A stretch of 64,000 nucleotides of DNA from NCBI GenBank assembly GCA_002238445.1, contig MPML01000008.1:45599-109598 (forward strand), read 5' to 3'. Source of the stretch: Caldilineaceae bacterium bin5 (GTDB taxonomy: Bacteria > Chloroflexota > Anaerolineae > Caldilineales > Caldilineaceae). Each line of letters begins with the position of its first letter. Within the stretch, counting starts at the first letter, position 1. Positions 18,875 to 27,998 of the stretch are shown piece by piece. The position numbers and the translations under genes were made by a program. The notes beneath the pieces were generated by a model. That model searched no databases. It worked only from the letters and a program-made list of their open reading frames with translations, and was not told the origin of the DNA.

Positions 18875-19100
18875 TAAAATTACTCCGTGTCTGTTTTTGG
18901 ACGCGCATACCGGTTCTTATGCACTGTCATAAAATAAGTACGCCGTACGACCATTTTGGTTCCCGACAGATGTCCGAAACCTAGGTTGGCCAGTACGGCG
19001 CTAAGTTACTGCAAATCAGTTGTGGTGATTGCGGTTCAGACAGTTTCTGTCGTCGCCATCACACATTTGGATCTAAGGCTATCACCTGCGGATGCGTTGA

Positions 19101-20921
19101 CTACCCGTCGTTGTTATCGTCTGTTCCGGTATCGGCGTTTTCGTCTTCTTCTGCCGGGAGGATGTCGACGAGAGTAGCGAAAATCCAGTAGCCGTTATCA
19201 AGCTGCAGCCATTGGTCGTCGTCGGATCGAGCGACGATCGTCACTTGCGTGCCGACGGGAGCGGAGTCGACGATGGTTGCATCGAGACCGGGGCCGTTGC
19301 GCAAGTTGGCATCGGTGTTTACAGTTGCCAACACGATCTGTTCGGCCTCTTCCTGCGTATCTTGTTCGTCTTGGTCGGTCTGCTCATCCTGCTCGTCTTC
19401 GTCAGTCTGTGTATCTTGTTCGTCTTCGTCGGTCTGCTCGTCCTGCTCGTCTTCGTCCGTCTGTGTATCTTGTTCGTCTTCGTCAGTCTGCTCGTCCTGC
19501 TCGTCTTCGTCAGTCTGTGTATCTTGTTCGTCTTCGTCGGTCTGCTCGTCCTGCGCATCGTCCCCCGCCTGCACGTCTTCCTCATCGTCGGACGCGTCCG
19601 GTGGGGTTGTCTCGTCGGTGGTCTCGTCGTCGGCGCCGGTTTCGTCGGTCTCGGCTTCCATTGCTTCTCCCGAATCTACAGGGAGGTCTGCGGGCACGTT
19701 GTTCACCAGGGCGGCGAAGATCCAGGAGCCATCTTCAAGTTTCAACCAGTCTCCACCTTCATCCTGAGCCACAATTGCCAGTACTTCGCCTTCCTCGACG
19801 CCGTCAACACGGTCAAATTCGACGCCGGGACCGGTGCGCAGATTGGCGCCAAGCGGGGCAATGACAACCGGTTGCAACTGCTCGGCGTCGGTTTCTGTCT
19901 CGGCCTGTTCGTCGCCGGTTTCAGGTTGCTCGGTCTCGGTATCCGGCTGTTCGGTCCCTGCCGGCGCCTGGTCGTCGCCGGTGTCAATTTGCTCGGTGTC
20001 AGCAGTGGTCAACTCATCTGAAACGGTGTCCTCAGTGACGATCGGAACGTCAACGGCTTCGACGAGGAGGGCAGCGAAGAGCCAATCCCCGCTTTCGAGC
20101 AAATACCATTCACCGTCGGCAGATATGCCGACGACGGACACTTCTTCGCCGAAATTGACACCATCCACACGGTCGAAGTCGGTGCCGGGGCCGGCGCGCA
20201 GATTCGAGTCGGCATTGACAACGGCGGTGACAGCCTCGAGTTGTGTGGGAGGGGAAGTCGTATCTTCTTCGGAAGGCGGCGACGACTCCTCAGGCCCTTC
20301 GGGAGGTTGCAAGGACTCCACCATGACCACAGGGAGCTGATCTTGCGGGGCATCAACCAGGTCATCGGCGTCGATCCAGGTGCCGTCTTCCAGGCGATAC
20401 CAGCGCCCGGTGGAATCGCGGGCGGTGACAGTGACGGTGCCACCTGCGGCGACGAGCCCGATGACGTCTGCGTCTTCGCTGGGTGCAGAGCGCAAGTCGG
20501 CTTGTCGATCTTCTGACACCGAAACGGCGACGGAGGTTTCGGCAGCTTCGGGCTGGTCATCGGCGTCGGAACTCATCGAGGGCGCGGTGGTTGGTGTCGC
20601 GGGCTCCGCGGTTGGCGGCGCGACAGTGGGCGTCTCGGGGACAGGGGTGGCCGTGGGCGGGGCGGATACTGCCGGATCGGGCGTGGCGGTTGGTATGACT
20701 TCAGGCTCAGCAGGAGGCTGTACGCCGATGGCCTCCGCCAAAGAATTGGTGAAGTTTTCCCACTGTTCCCGCAGTGCCTCCGGTTCAGTAATTTCTCTCA
20801 CTGGGGCTGGCAGTAGTTCGTGAAGGTCAGGCACGAAGAAACCTGCCAGCAATACGAGAATCAGACTGAGCCAGACAATACTTACGAGAACCGCGGCGAT
20901 TCTCTTCACAATTCCTGCCAT
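19101..20921 (-). CDS. membrane-anchored protein with four bacterial SH3-like repeats and acidic low-complexity linkers
   Basis: N-terminal TM helix (AAVLVSIVWLSLILVLLAGFFV). Four W(Y/L).LE.G.WI.A.L(V) modules each preceded by N(L)R.GPG. Contains a DEDEQDTQTDEDEQDEQT repeat. Confidence 0.8.
   Translation of the reverse strand: MAGIVKRIAAVLVSIVWLSLILVLLAGFFVPDLHELLPAPVREITEPEALREQWENFTNSLAEAIGVQPPAEPEVIPTATPDPAVSAPPTATPVPETPTVAPPTAEPATPTTAPSMSSDADDQPEAAETSVAVSVSEDRQADLRSAPSEDADVIGLVAAGGTVTVTARDSTGRWYRLEDGTWIDADDLVDAPQDQLPVVMVESLQPPEGPEESSPPSEEDTTSPPTQLEAVTAVVNADSNLRAGPGTDFDRVDGVNFGEEVSVVGISADGEWYLLESGDWLFAALLVEAVDVPIVTEDTVSDELTTADTEQIDTGDDQAPAGTEQPDTETEQPETGDEQAETETDAEQLQPVVIAPLGANLRTGPGVEFDRVDGVEEGEVLAIVAQDEGGDWLKLEDGSWIFAALVNNVPADLPVDSGEAMEAETDETGADDETTDETTPPDASDDEEDVQAGDDAQDEQTDEDEQDTQTDEDEQDEQTDEDEQDTQTDEDEQDEQTDEDEQDTQTDEDEQDEQTDQDEQDTQEEAEQIVLATVNTDANLRNGPGLDATIVDSAPVGTQVTIVARSDDDQWLQLDNGYWIFATLVDILPAEEDENADTGTDDNNDG
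19345..19560 (-). repeat. 54-bp tandem repeat (about 4 units) inside the SH3-repeat gene
   Basis: GTATCTTGTTCGTCTT recurs at 19357, 19411, 19465 and 19519, an exact 54-bp period. It encodes (DEDEQDTQTDEDEQDEQT)n. Confidence 0.85.
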
Positions 20922-21124
20922 TAAGCTTCTCTCGTCATTTGATTAGAGTAGAATGAATGCAGATAACCATTCCTCGACCCGACCGATTCAGAACCGGTAG
21001 TACGGGTCAGGTTACGAGCGACTATAGCATCAGACAAGAGTCAGCGCTGAGCTTTGGTTTTGGTGTTGAGAGCGACGTACTTTGGAACGCCACTCGTAGT
21101 TGTCCAGCGTTTGTCCACAGGACC

Positions 21125-21475
21125 TTCAGTGTAGCATACGAAATTTAGTGTAGCATAACACGAATTTGTCGACAATTGCACTGTTTTGGCGGGTCTTGTC
21201 CCCGATTTTGGGGCATAAGTGACAGAAGGTGTGGTGCAGCCGCGCGTGCGCCTCCTGCGAAGGACTGGGGAAGGTGGCGGGAGACTCGTGCGGCGGCGGG
21301 GCGTGTTTTTGGAGGGGGCGTTGCGGGGGGTGTCCCCCCGCACAAGGGAGGGCCGAAGGCCCGACCGCCCAGATGAGAGACAGTGGGTGGGCAGATTGAG
21401 TGAATGGCATGGAAGGGCGTGAATGACAGAGGCGCGGGGACCATTTGGGGAGGCGTCATGGGGCGGTAGTTTTCC
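21125..21475 (+). repeat. MITE-like repeat, copy 3 (most diverged)
   Basis: Core at 21304-21370, TTTTTGGAGGGGGCGTTGCGGGGGGTGTCCCCCCGCACAAGGGAGGGCCGAAGGCCCGACCGCCC, has compensatory changes in hairpin 1. The arms are only loosely alignable, so boundaries are approximate. Confidence 0.45.
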
Positions 21476-21823
21476 TAAGGTTATGGAACGCTAACTTTTC
21501 TGCAACAGAAATATAACTTTTCAGTGCTAAGCTTGAGAGAGAGAGCGCAGAGAATAGTGCGCGGTTGATAAGGATCTTGTAAGGATAGAAAGCGTAGAAA
21601 TTGCCGTGAAAAACTGCTATACTTTAGACAGTGTACAGTTTCTGACCGGACTATAGATTCGATTGGGGGCCTTTTCAAGAATTTGTGCTTTCATGGCACA
21701 TGATTTGCACAAGTTAGACTCATTTTGTGCCTTCTCAACGGCGGAGGCATTCACAGATTCCGCCCTAGCTGGCGCCATGAGAATGGGAGTAGTACTGCGG
21801 AGCAGCCAGAAAGGATGTGATAA

Positions 21824-22528
21824 ATGTTCGATAATTCTTATCGACACGCTGTTACCGACGATGTCCTGGGCCGAAAACCGGAACTTTTGCAGACGTTGAT
21901 GGATCTCCACAATGATGATCCTTCGTTTGGGAAGCATGTACGCATGCGTTCATACCGGCCGCATGAGGTTGTTGCCGATGCGGCAGCTCTTAAAAGAGAG
22001 ATGTTCGTGCTGATGAAGGGGAGGATCAACCTGGTCTGCCCGAATCATGAAGGCCGGCGGCTGGTGATTGGGTCGCTGGAGCCGGCAGCCATATTTGGCG
22101 AGGGCGCGTTGAACAGGCCGCAGGAGGCGAACGTTTTTGCCGAGGCGGACACAGATGCGGTGGTCTGGTCGATTCCGGCAGCCGAGGCGCGCAACATGAC
22201 GCTTCAGTATCCGATTCTGGGATGGGGGATGCTGCAGACGTACGGCAGCCGGCTTCTTCAGGTAGAGGACAGGCTGGAAGATGTGGCCTACAAGAAGCTA
22301 CCGGAGCGACTGGCGGCACTTCTGGTTGAACTGTGCAACGACAGGGAAGAGGTGATTCAGGGGGTGAGCCATCAGGTTCTGGCGGATCGACTCGGTACAT
22401 ATCGGGAGACGGTCAGCGCCATTCTGCGTGATTTCAAACGGCAGGGCCTGGTGGAATTGGGTTATAGACGAATCGGGATCCTTGACGTTGAGACGCTGAA
22501 GGAGATCGCCGGCATCTGGGACTGGTAG
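21824..22528 (+). CDS. Crp/Fnr-family transcriptional regulator
   Basis: 234 aa. Has a cNMP-binding-type beta-roll (FGEGAL) and a C-terminal HTH (SHQVLADRLGTYRETVSAILRDFKRQGLV). Confidence 0.9.
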   Translation: MFDNSYRHAVTDDVLGRKPELLQTLMDLHNDDPSFGKHVRMRSYRPHEVVADAAALKREMFVLMKGRINLVCPNHEGRRLVIGSLEPAAIFGEGALNRPQEANVFAEADTDAVVWSIPAAEARNMTLQYPILGWGMLQTYGSRLLQVEDRLEDVAYKKLPERLAALLVELCNDREEVIQGVSHQVLADRLGTYRETVSAILRDFKRQGLVELGYRRIGILDVETLKEIAGIWDW

Positions 22529-22829
22529 GGGGAAAGTTGAGAGATTGGCCAGTCCTGGTTGGCGCCGGCACTTGGGTTGCGGGTATTCAGCGGCAGTCGG
22601 CGGTGACGACGGTCAACGGAACGAAAAAACGATACGAGTTGCAAGTTCCACTGAAGGGGCCGGGAGTTGATCGTGAGCGTGCGGCGATCGTGCTCCGGGC
22701 CCCAATTGTGTGCAGCGCGGTTTTTCAGTGGTTTCTGGGATTGCGGGCGTTTTTCCGGACTAGGCTGCGGAATGCGCGGCGGCGGGAGATGGGCGAAGAT
22801 TTCGATGTGAAGCTGCAGAAGAATGGTAG

Positions 22830-22858
22830 TTGACTTAATCCTAAAAGGCTGCTATACT
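22830..22858 (+). promoter_or_regulatory. near-consensus sigma-70 promoter driving a long (about 390 nt) rho leader
   Basis: TTGACT (22830-22835), 17-nt spacer, TATACT (22853-22858). No ORF lies between it and rho ATG 23254. Confidence 0.55.
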
Positions 22859-23253
22859 TGTTGTCGATGCCGTACGTTTGCCTCCGCCCTATATGTCCGC
22901 GTCGTCTATCCAAAGAGAAATCAGTAAAGTAGCCGGCTTGCTCTAAACGCAATTGGCGATGATTGTTTCAGAATGATCGAGCACAGCGGACGGCAGCCGC
23001 GGATAGGAGGCAAACGCGACTGATTGTTCGTTGAATGCACCTCTTAAGAATTTACCCAACCCTGGCGCTAGACAATTCACTAGGAAAACCTGCCCGAATT
23101 CGGGCAATCCCCAAAGATTGTATTGTGTAGACGGTAGGTCTACCCAACAAATAGACAGCCCACGCTTTCAGCACTCTCACTCGTATGCATATCACGCTGT
23201 CCTGTTGCGCAAGCAATGAGTGACTTTTTGTTGAGCCTGACAAGGAACGAACT

Positions 23254-24513
23254 ATGGAAATGCTCAGTATGACTATGGCCGAATTGGAGGATTGCACCCT
23301 GGATGAACTCAGGGAGTTAGCTCGTTCCATGGCGATGACTGGCCATACCCGTTTAAAGAAGCACGATCTGATAATTCTCTTATTGCGGGCGAACGCCGAA
23401 AAACAGGGTTATATTTTTGGCGGCGGAACTCTGGAAATCGTACAGGATGGCATAGGCTTTCTCCGCAGCGATCATCTATTGCCGGGACCGGAAGATGTGT
23501 ACGTCAGTCAGAGCCAGATTCGTCGATTTGGTTTGCGGACAGGAGATCTGGTTGTTGGCCAGGTACGGCCGCCAAAGGACACGGAGAAGTATTTCGGTCT
23601 GCTAAAGGTGGAAGCCGTCAACGGCCTTGACCCGGAGGAGGCCAAGCGGCGTCCGATATTTGAGAAGCAGACGCCGATTTTTCCAGACGTTCAGATTCAC
23701 CTGGAAACCAAACCGAACCTGCTGGCCACCCGGATGATCGATTTGTTGTCGCCAATCGGCCGCGGCCAGCGCGGGATGATTGTCAGTCCTCCCAAAGCCG
23801 GCAAGACGACCATTCTGAAGCGCATAGCCAACGGCATGTCGAGCAATTATGAGGACCTGCATTTGATGGTCGTGCTGATAGGTGAGCGGCCCGAGGAAGT
23901 AACCGACATGGACCGTTCGGTGGAGGCGGAGGTGATCAGCAGCACATTTGACGAACCGGTCCAAAACCATGTGCGCGTAGCGGAGATGGCGTTGGAGCGG
24001 GCCAAACGTCTGACTGAGAGCAACCGCGATGTGGTGATATTGCTGGACAGCATTACGCGCCTCACCCGCGCCTATAACTTAACAGTGCCTCCGTCTGGCC
24101 GCACGTTATCGGGCGGGATCGATCCGGCGGCGCTTTATCCACCAAAACGATTCTTTGGCGCGGCCCGGAATCTGGAAGAGGGCGGCAGTCTGACGATCAT
24201 TGCGACCTGTCTCGTCGATACGGGTAGCCGGATGGACGACGTTATATACGAGGAGTTCAAGGGCACGGGCAACATGGAGTTGCATCTCAACCGGCGCACA
24301 TCGGAACGGCGAATCTTCCCGGCGATCGATATTGAAAGAAGCAGCACGCGGGCCGAAGAAAAGATGCTGGAGCCGGAGGTGTTGGCAAAGGTGTACACGC
24401 TGCGGCGCATGAGTGACGCGATGGGAGGGGGGAACGAAGCGATTTTACCCATCCTGGAACGTCTGAGCCGAACGCGAGACAACCAGGAGTTTCTGGACAC
24501 ACTGATCAAATAG
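23254..24513 (+). CDS. rho: transcription termination factor Rho
   Basis: 419 aa. N-terminal L.ELRELA...G.....KK.DLI motif, RNA-binding GFLR...Y.....D.YVS..QIRRF.LRTGD, Walker A PPKAGKT, and R-loop/Q-loop regions. Confidence 0.95.
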   Translation: MEMLSMTMAELEDCTLDELRELARSMAMTGHTRLKKHDLIILLLRANAEKQGYIFGGGTLEIVQDGIGFLRSDHLLPGPEDVYVSQSQIRRFGLRTGDLVVGQVRPPKDTEKYFGLLKVEAVNGLDPEEAKRRPIFEKQTPIFPDVQIHLETKPNLLATRMIDLLSPIGRGQRGMIVSPPKAGKTTILKRIANGMSSNYEDLHLMVVLIGERPEEVTDMDRSVEAEVISSTFDEPVQNHVRVAEMALERAKRLTESNRDVVILLDSITRLTRAYNLTVPPSGRTLSGGIDPAALYPPKRFFGAARNLEEGGSLTIIATCLVDTGSRMDDVIYEEFKGTGNMELHLNRRTSERRIFPAIDIERSSTRAEEKMLEPEVLAKVYTLRRMSDAMGGGNEAILPILERLSRTRDNQEFLDTLIK

Positions 24514-24725
24514 GCAGGTCGGTGGTGGGAGCGAAACCTCGAAGCGAGCTTCGATGGTGCGCGCCGGGCGGGGAATTTGAGGGGACGCGGCCAGTGTTGG
24601 GCGGAAAAGTAGCAAGAAAGTTGCCCGAATCACAGAAAAATGACGCTTACCCTACGTTTTCCCTACGTTTTATTGTCACAATGTGTCAAGAGGGCAATAA
24701 AACGAGATTAGAGCCGAAATCGGAT

Positions 24726-24754
24726 TTGTGCGGTGCCTGTTTTGTCCCTATAAT
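24726..24754 (+). promoter_or_regulatory. candidate promoter upstream of the LysM/M23 peptidase locus
   Basis: TTGTGC (24726-24731), 17-nt spacer, TATAAT (24749-24754), about 150 nt upstream of ATG 24904. Confidence 0.4.
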
Positions 24755-24903
24755 GCCATTCTTGAGGCAATTCGGGCCTTTTTGACTGTGGACGTCAGCA
24801 GACCTGAAGGCATATCCCCCCCGCCAAGCCATCTCTTGAACTTTGTGTTCAGAGGAGAATATGATACAGTTTCGGTTCTGTATCCCTATCCTGGGCAGGC
24901 TGT

Positions 24904-25326
24904 ATGCTGAAAAGTAAAGAGCACGTAGAACAACGTCAGTTCAACTACCACACTTTCCACAGGCCAAACGGCGCCCCCGCATTGGATCGGGAAGTAATCG
25001 TTTCCTCCGTTTCGAGCAGTTTGTCAGAGTTTAGTCCCACCCCATCACCGAATCAGATAAATCCGAGTTCAGAGGGCGCGGCTGAAGTCGCGCTGGAAGA
25101 TGGATCGGCCGGCCTGGTAGATACGGCGGGCGGGGGGATTGAGAATTTGTCTTTAGGCATACGGGGCTTCCTGCGCGAGCAGGGTGCGCCCATCCCGCCT
25201 TTCCACCACCCCGCGGGTCTTGGAGGGGGGGCGGGGCGATTGAGAATTTGTCTTCAGGCATACGGGGCTTCCTGCGCGAGCAGGTTGCGCCAATCCGGCT
25301 TGCCAGCCACCTTGCGGTCCTGGTAG
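24904..25326 (+). CDS. possible original N-terminal segment of the LysM/M23 peptidase gene, now out of frame with it (see findings)
   Basis: 140-aa ORF. Residues IENLSLGIRGFLREQGAPI duplicate the first residues of the downstream ORF (..SSGIRGFLREQVAPI) in another frame. A promoter-like element lies upstream. Confidence 0.3.
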   Translation: MLKSKEHVEQRQFNYHTFHRPNGAPALDREVIVSSVSSSLSEFSPTPSPNQINPSSEGAAEVALEDGSAGLVDTAGGGIENLSLGIRGFLREQGAPIPPFHHPAGLGGGAGRLRICLQAYGASCASRLRQSGLPATLRSW

Positions 25327-26345
25327 TGGCAGCGATAGTTATTTTGATCAGACAGGTAGATGCCCCCAATTGGGAGTTTCCGCTGGGCACATTGCCGGCG
25401 GCGGAGGCACCGTTGGCGGAAGGTACGGCTGCTGACGCACTGCTGGCTCGCCGCAATCCAATTGCAGAGGTTGGTAATGCACTGCAACGTGCGGTACTTC
25501 CCTTCACGCGGAGTACCGATGAGCCTGCTGCTGCATCCCCAAGTATACAAGGCGCGGAGCAGGAACCGGTTGTAAGCGCCGCCCCATCCCGGATTGACAG
25601 AATCCAGATTTACAAGGTATTGCCAGCTGACAACCTTCAGAAGATTGCTGCGCGGTACGATCTCCGGCCGGAGACGATTTTGTGGGCCAATCCGAAGCTG
25701 GAGTCCAATCCGGATCTGTTGTGGCCTGGCCAGGAATTGATTATTCCCCCGGTTGACGGGGTGATGCATGTGGTAAGGACAGGCGACACGCTGTCTACTC
25801 TGGCGGTTAAGTACAAAGTAGGCGTCGAAGAGATTGTTGCTTTCCCGCTGAATAATCTTGAGTCGGCGAATTCCCCGATCAACAGCGGCAAGCAGTTGAT
25901 CATTCCCAATGGTACTAAGCCGTATGTCGCTCGACAGGTGGCAATGTATCGGGGCCCGGTTCCCGCTTCGGCGGTCAGAGGTTCCGGAAACTTTGACTGG
26001 CCGGTCAGCGGCCACTTGACCCAGCAGTTCTGGCACGGTCATAGAGCGATTGACGTTGGAGCCAGGGCAGGGTCCCCGATTGTTGCAGCCGACAGCGGTT
26101 ATGTAATCAAGGCGTCACATGGTTGGAATGGCGGCTATGGCAGTATGGTCATGGTCGATCATGGCAACGGCTTTGTTTCGCTCTATGCTCATATGAATAT
26201 GGTCTACGTGCGCCAGGGCGAAAACGTCGCCAAGGGTGAACATATAGGTACGGTCGGCAATACCGGGCGTTCGACGGGGCCGCACCTGCACTTTGAGATT
26301 CGCCAAAATGGCGCGGCGCGCAATCCAAACTACTTCCTGCCGTAG
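25248..26345 (+). CDS. LysM-domain M23-family peptidoglycan DD-metalloendopeptidase
   Basis: TM anchor LASHLAVLVVAAIVILI, two LysM-like repeats (YKVLPADNLQKIAARY; HVVRTGDTLSTLAVKY), and M23 motifs HRAIDVGA and GNTGRSTGPHLHFE. TTG 25248 is only the first in-frame start. Confidence 0.85.
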   Translation: MSSGIRGFLREQVAPIRLASHLAVLVVAAIVILIRQVDAPNWEFPLGTLPAAEAPLAEGTAADALLARRNPIAEVGNALQRAVLPFTRSTDEPAAASPSIQGAEQEPVVSAAPSRIDRIQIYKVLPADNLQKIAARYDLRPETILWANPKLESNPDLLWPGQELIIPPVDGVMHVVRTGDTLSTLAVKYKVGVEEIVAFPLNNLESANSPINSGKQLIIPNGTKPYVARQVAMYRGPVPASAVRGSGNFDWPVSGHLTQQFWHGHRAIDVGARAGSPIVAADSGYVIKASHGWNGGYGSMVMVDHGNGFVSLYAHMNMVYVRQGENVAKGEHIGTVGNTGRSTGPHLHFEIRQNGAARNPNYFLP

Positions 26346-26372
26346 ATAGAACAGGGTTACAGAAAATAGAAA

Positions 26373-26400
26373 GGTCCGGCACTTGGTGCCGGACCTTTTT
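26373..26400 (+). terminator. Rho-independent terminator (potentially bidirectional)
   Basis: GGTCCGGCAC / GTGCCGGACC form a 10-bp stem with a 3-nt loop, followed by TTTTTT. An A-rich tract lies on the other side. Confidence 0.65.
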
Positions 26401-26567
26401 TCGTTCAGCAGTGTTCAGTACAGCAGCTATCCGTTCAGCAGCTCTCGATTCGAAAGCGGGCGAGCGACAGCCGAGAAGGCTGACGTGAAAGGATGAGCTG
26501 TGGGCATATCTCATCCCCTGGCCACGGAGATGGCATCACACAGGTTGCCATGCAGACGGGCCAGGTC

Positions 26568-27971
26568 TCAGCGCTGCTGGATGCCGCCTTCGGTCAGTTT
26601 GCGGGGATCGAGCAGTTCATCGAGTTCGGCGGCGCTGAGGTCGGTCATCTCCAGGGCGACCTCTTTGAGGGTGCGTTCCTGGGCATAGGCGGTCTTGGCG
26701 ATTTGTGCGCCCAGTTCATAGCCAATCACCGGATTCAGGGCGGTCACCAGAATCGGATTGCGGTCTACGAGCTGGCCGATGCGCTCTGCATTCACTGCGA
26801 AGCCGGCGATGGCTCTGTCTGCCAGGAGACGGCTGGCGCCGGCCAGAATTGAGATGCTCTGCAGCAGGTTGTAGGCGATGACAGGGAGCATGACGTTCAG
26901 TTGAAAACTGCCTGACTGTCCTCCGATTGTAATCGTCAGGTCGTTTCCGGTTACCTGGGCGGCGACCATGGTGACCGCTTCAGGAATGACCGGATTGATC
27001 TTGCCTGGCATGATGCTGCTGCCTGGCTGCAGGGCAGGAAGCTCGATCTCGCCGAAGCCGGCAATCGGCCCGCTGTTCATCCAGCGCAGATCATTTGCCA
27101 TCTTCATGAGCGAGGTCGCGATCGTCTTGAGTTGACCGCTCATCTCCACAGAGGCATCCTGGCTGCTGAGACTTTCGAAGTAGTTTTCGCTTGTCCTGAA
27201 GGGCTGCGCTGTCATGGCGGCGAGTTTGGCGGCAATACGCTCACCGAATTCAGGATGAGCATTGATGCCGGTGCCGACGGCGGTACCGCCCTGGGCAAGC
27301 TCTGCCAGCCGCGCCAAGGCGTCGCGCAGCCGGCGCTGTCCTTTGTCGATCTGGTTGCTCCAGCCGCCCAGTTCCTGGCTGAGGCGGACAGGCATGGCAT
27401 CCATAAGATGGGTGCGCCCGGTTGTGACGACGTCGTCCACCTCTGCGGCCTTGGCGTCGAGTGTTTGCTGGAGGTGCTGCAGAGCGGGCAAGAGTTCCTC
27501 GACAACGGCGAGATAGGCGCTGACGTGGATAGCAGTGGGAATGACATCGTTGCTGCTTTGCCCCATATTGACATGATCGTTAGGGTGAACGCTGCGGCCG
27601 AGGGTGCGGGATGCCAGGGTAGCGATCACTTCATTGGCGTTCATGTTTGTGCTGGTGCCGGAGCCGGTCTGGAAGATATCGAGCGGGAAATGGGCGTCGT
27701 GGGCGCCGTGGGCGACTTCGGCGCCGGCGTTCTGAATTGCGGCCGCCATTTCGGCGTCGATCTGACCTAGATCGAGATTGACAGCGGCGGCCGCGCCTTT
27801 GATCAGCCCGATGGCGCGGATAAACTGCCGGGGGAAAGACAACGGGCTAATGGGGAAGTTGTCGACGGCTCGCTGGGTTTGGGCTGCATAGAGAGCATCT
27901 TGCGGTACTTTTACTTCGCCGAGGCTGTCATGCTCGATGCGATATTCCTGTCCACACATAAGAATTTTCAA
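26568..27971 (-). CDS. fumC: class II fumarate hydratase
   Basis: 467 aa with the GSSIMPGKINP signature (GSSxMPxKxN) and overall FumC/aspartase family architecture. Confidence 0.95.
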   Translation of the reverse strand: MKILMCGQEYRIEHDSLGEVKVPQDALYAAQTQRAVDNFPISPLSFPRQFIRAIGLIKGAAAAVNLDLGQIDAEMAAAIQNAGAEVAHGAHDAHFPLDIFQTGSGTSTNMNANEVIATLASRTLGRSVHPNDHVNMGQSSNDVIPTAIHVSAYLAVVEELLPALQHLQQTLDAKAAEVDDVVTTGRTHLMDAMPVRLSQELGGWSNQIDKGQRRLRDALARLAELAQGGTAVGTGINAHPEFGERIAAKLAAMTAQPFRTSENYFESLSSQDASVEMSGQLKTIATSLMKMANDLRWMNSGPIAGFGEIELPALQPGSSIMPGKINPVIPEAVTMVAAQVTGNDLTITIGGQSGSFQLNVMLPVIAYNLLQSISILAGASRLLADRAIAGFAVNAERIGQLVDRNPILVTALNPVIGYELGAQIAKTAYAQERTLKEVALEMTDLSAAELDELLDPRKLTEGGIQQR

Positions 27972-27998
27972 CTCCGGTTGGTTTTTTGAAAATAGAAG

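Noticed and set aside
22537-22833. 98-aa ORF (TTG start) directly after the Crp/Fnr gene
   Set aside because: No RBS, an atypical Arg/Val-rich composition and no motif. Its 3' end is overlapped by the strong rho promoter. It is more likely untranslated intergenic sequence containing a GC-rich hairpin (GGGGCCGGGAG...CTCCGGGCCCC).
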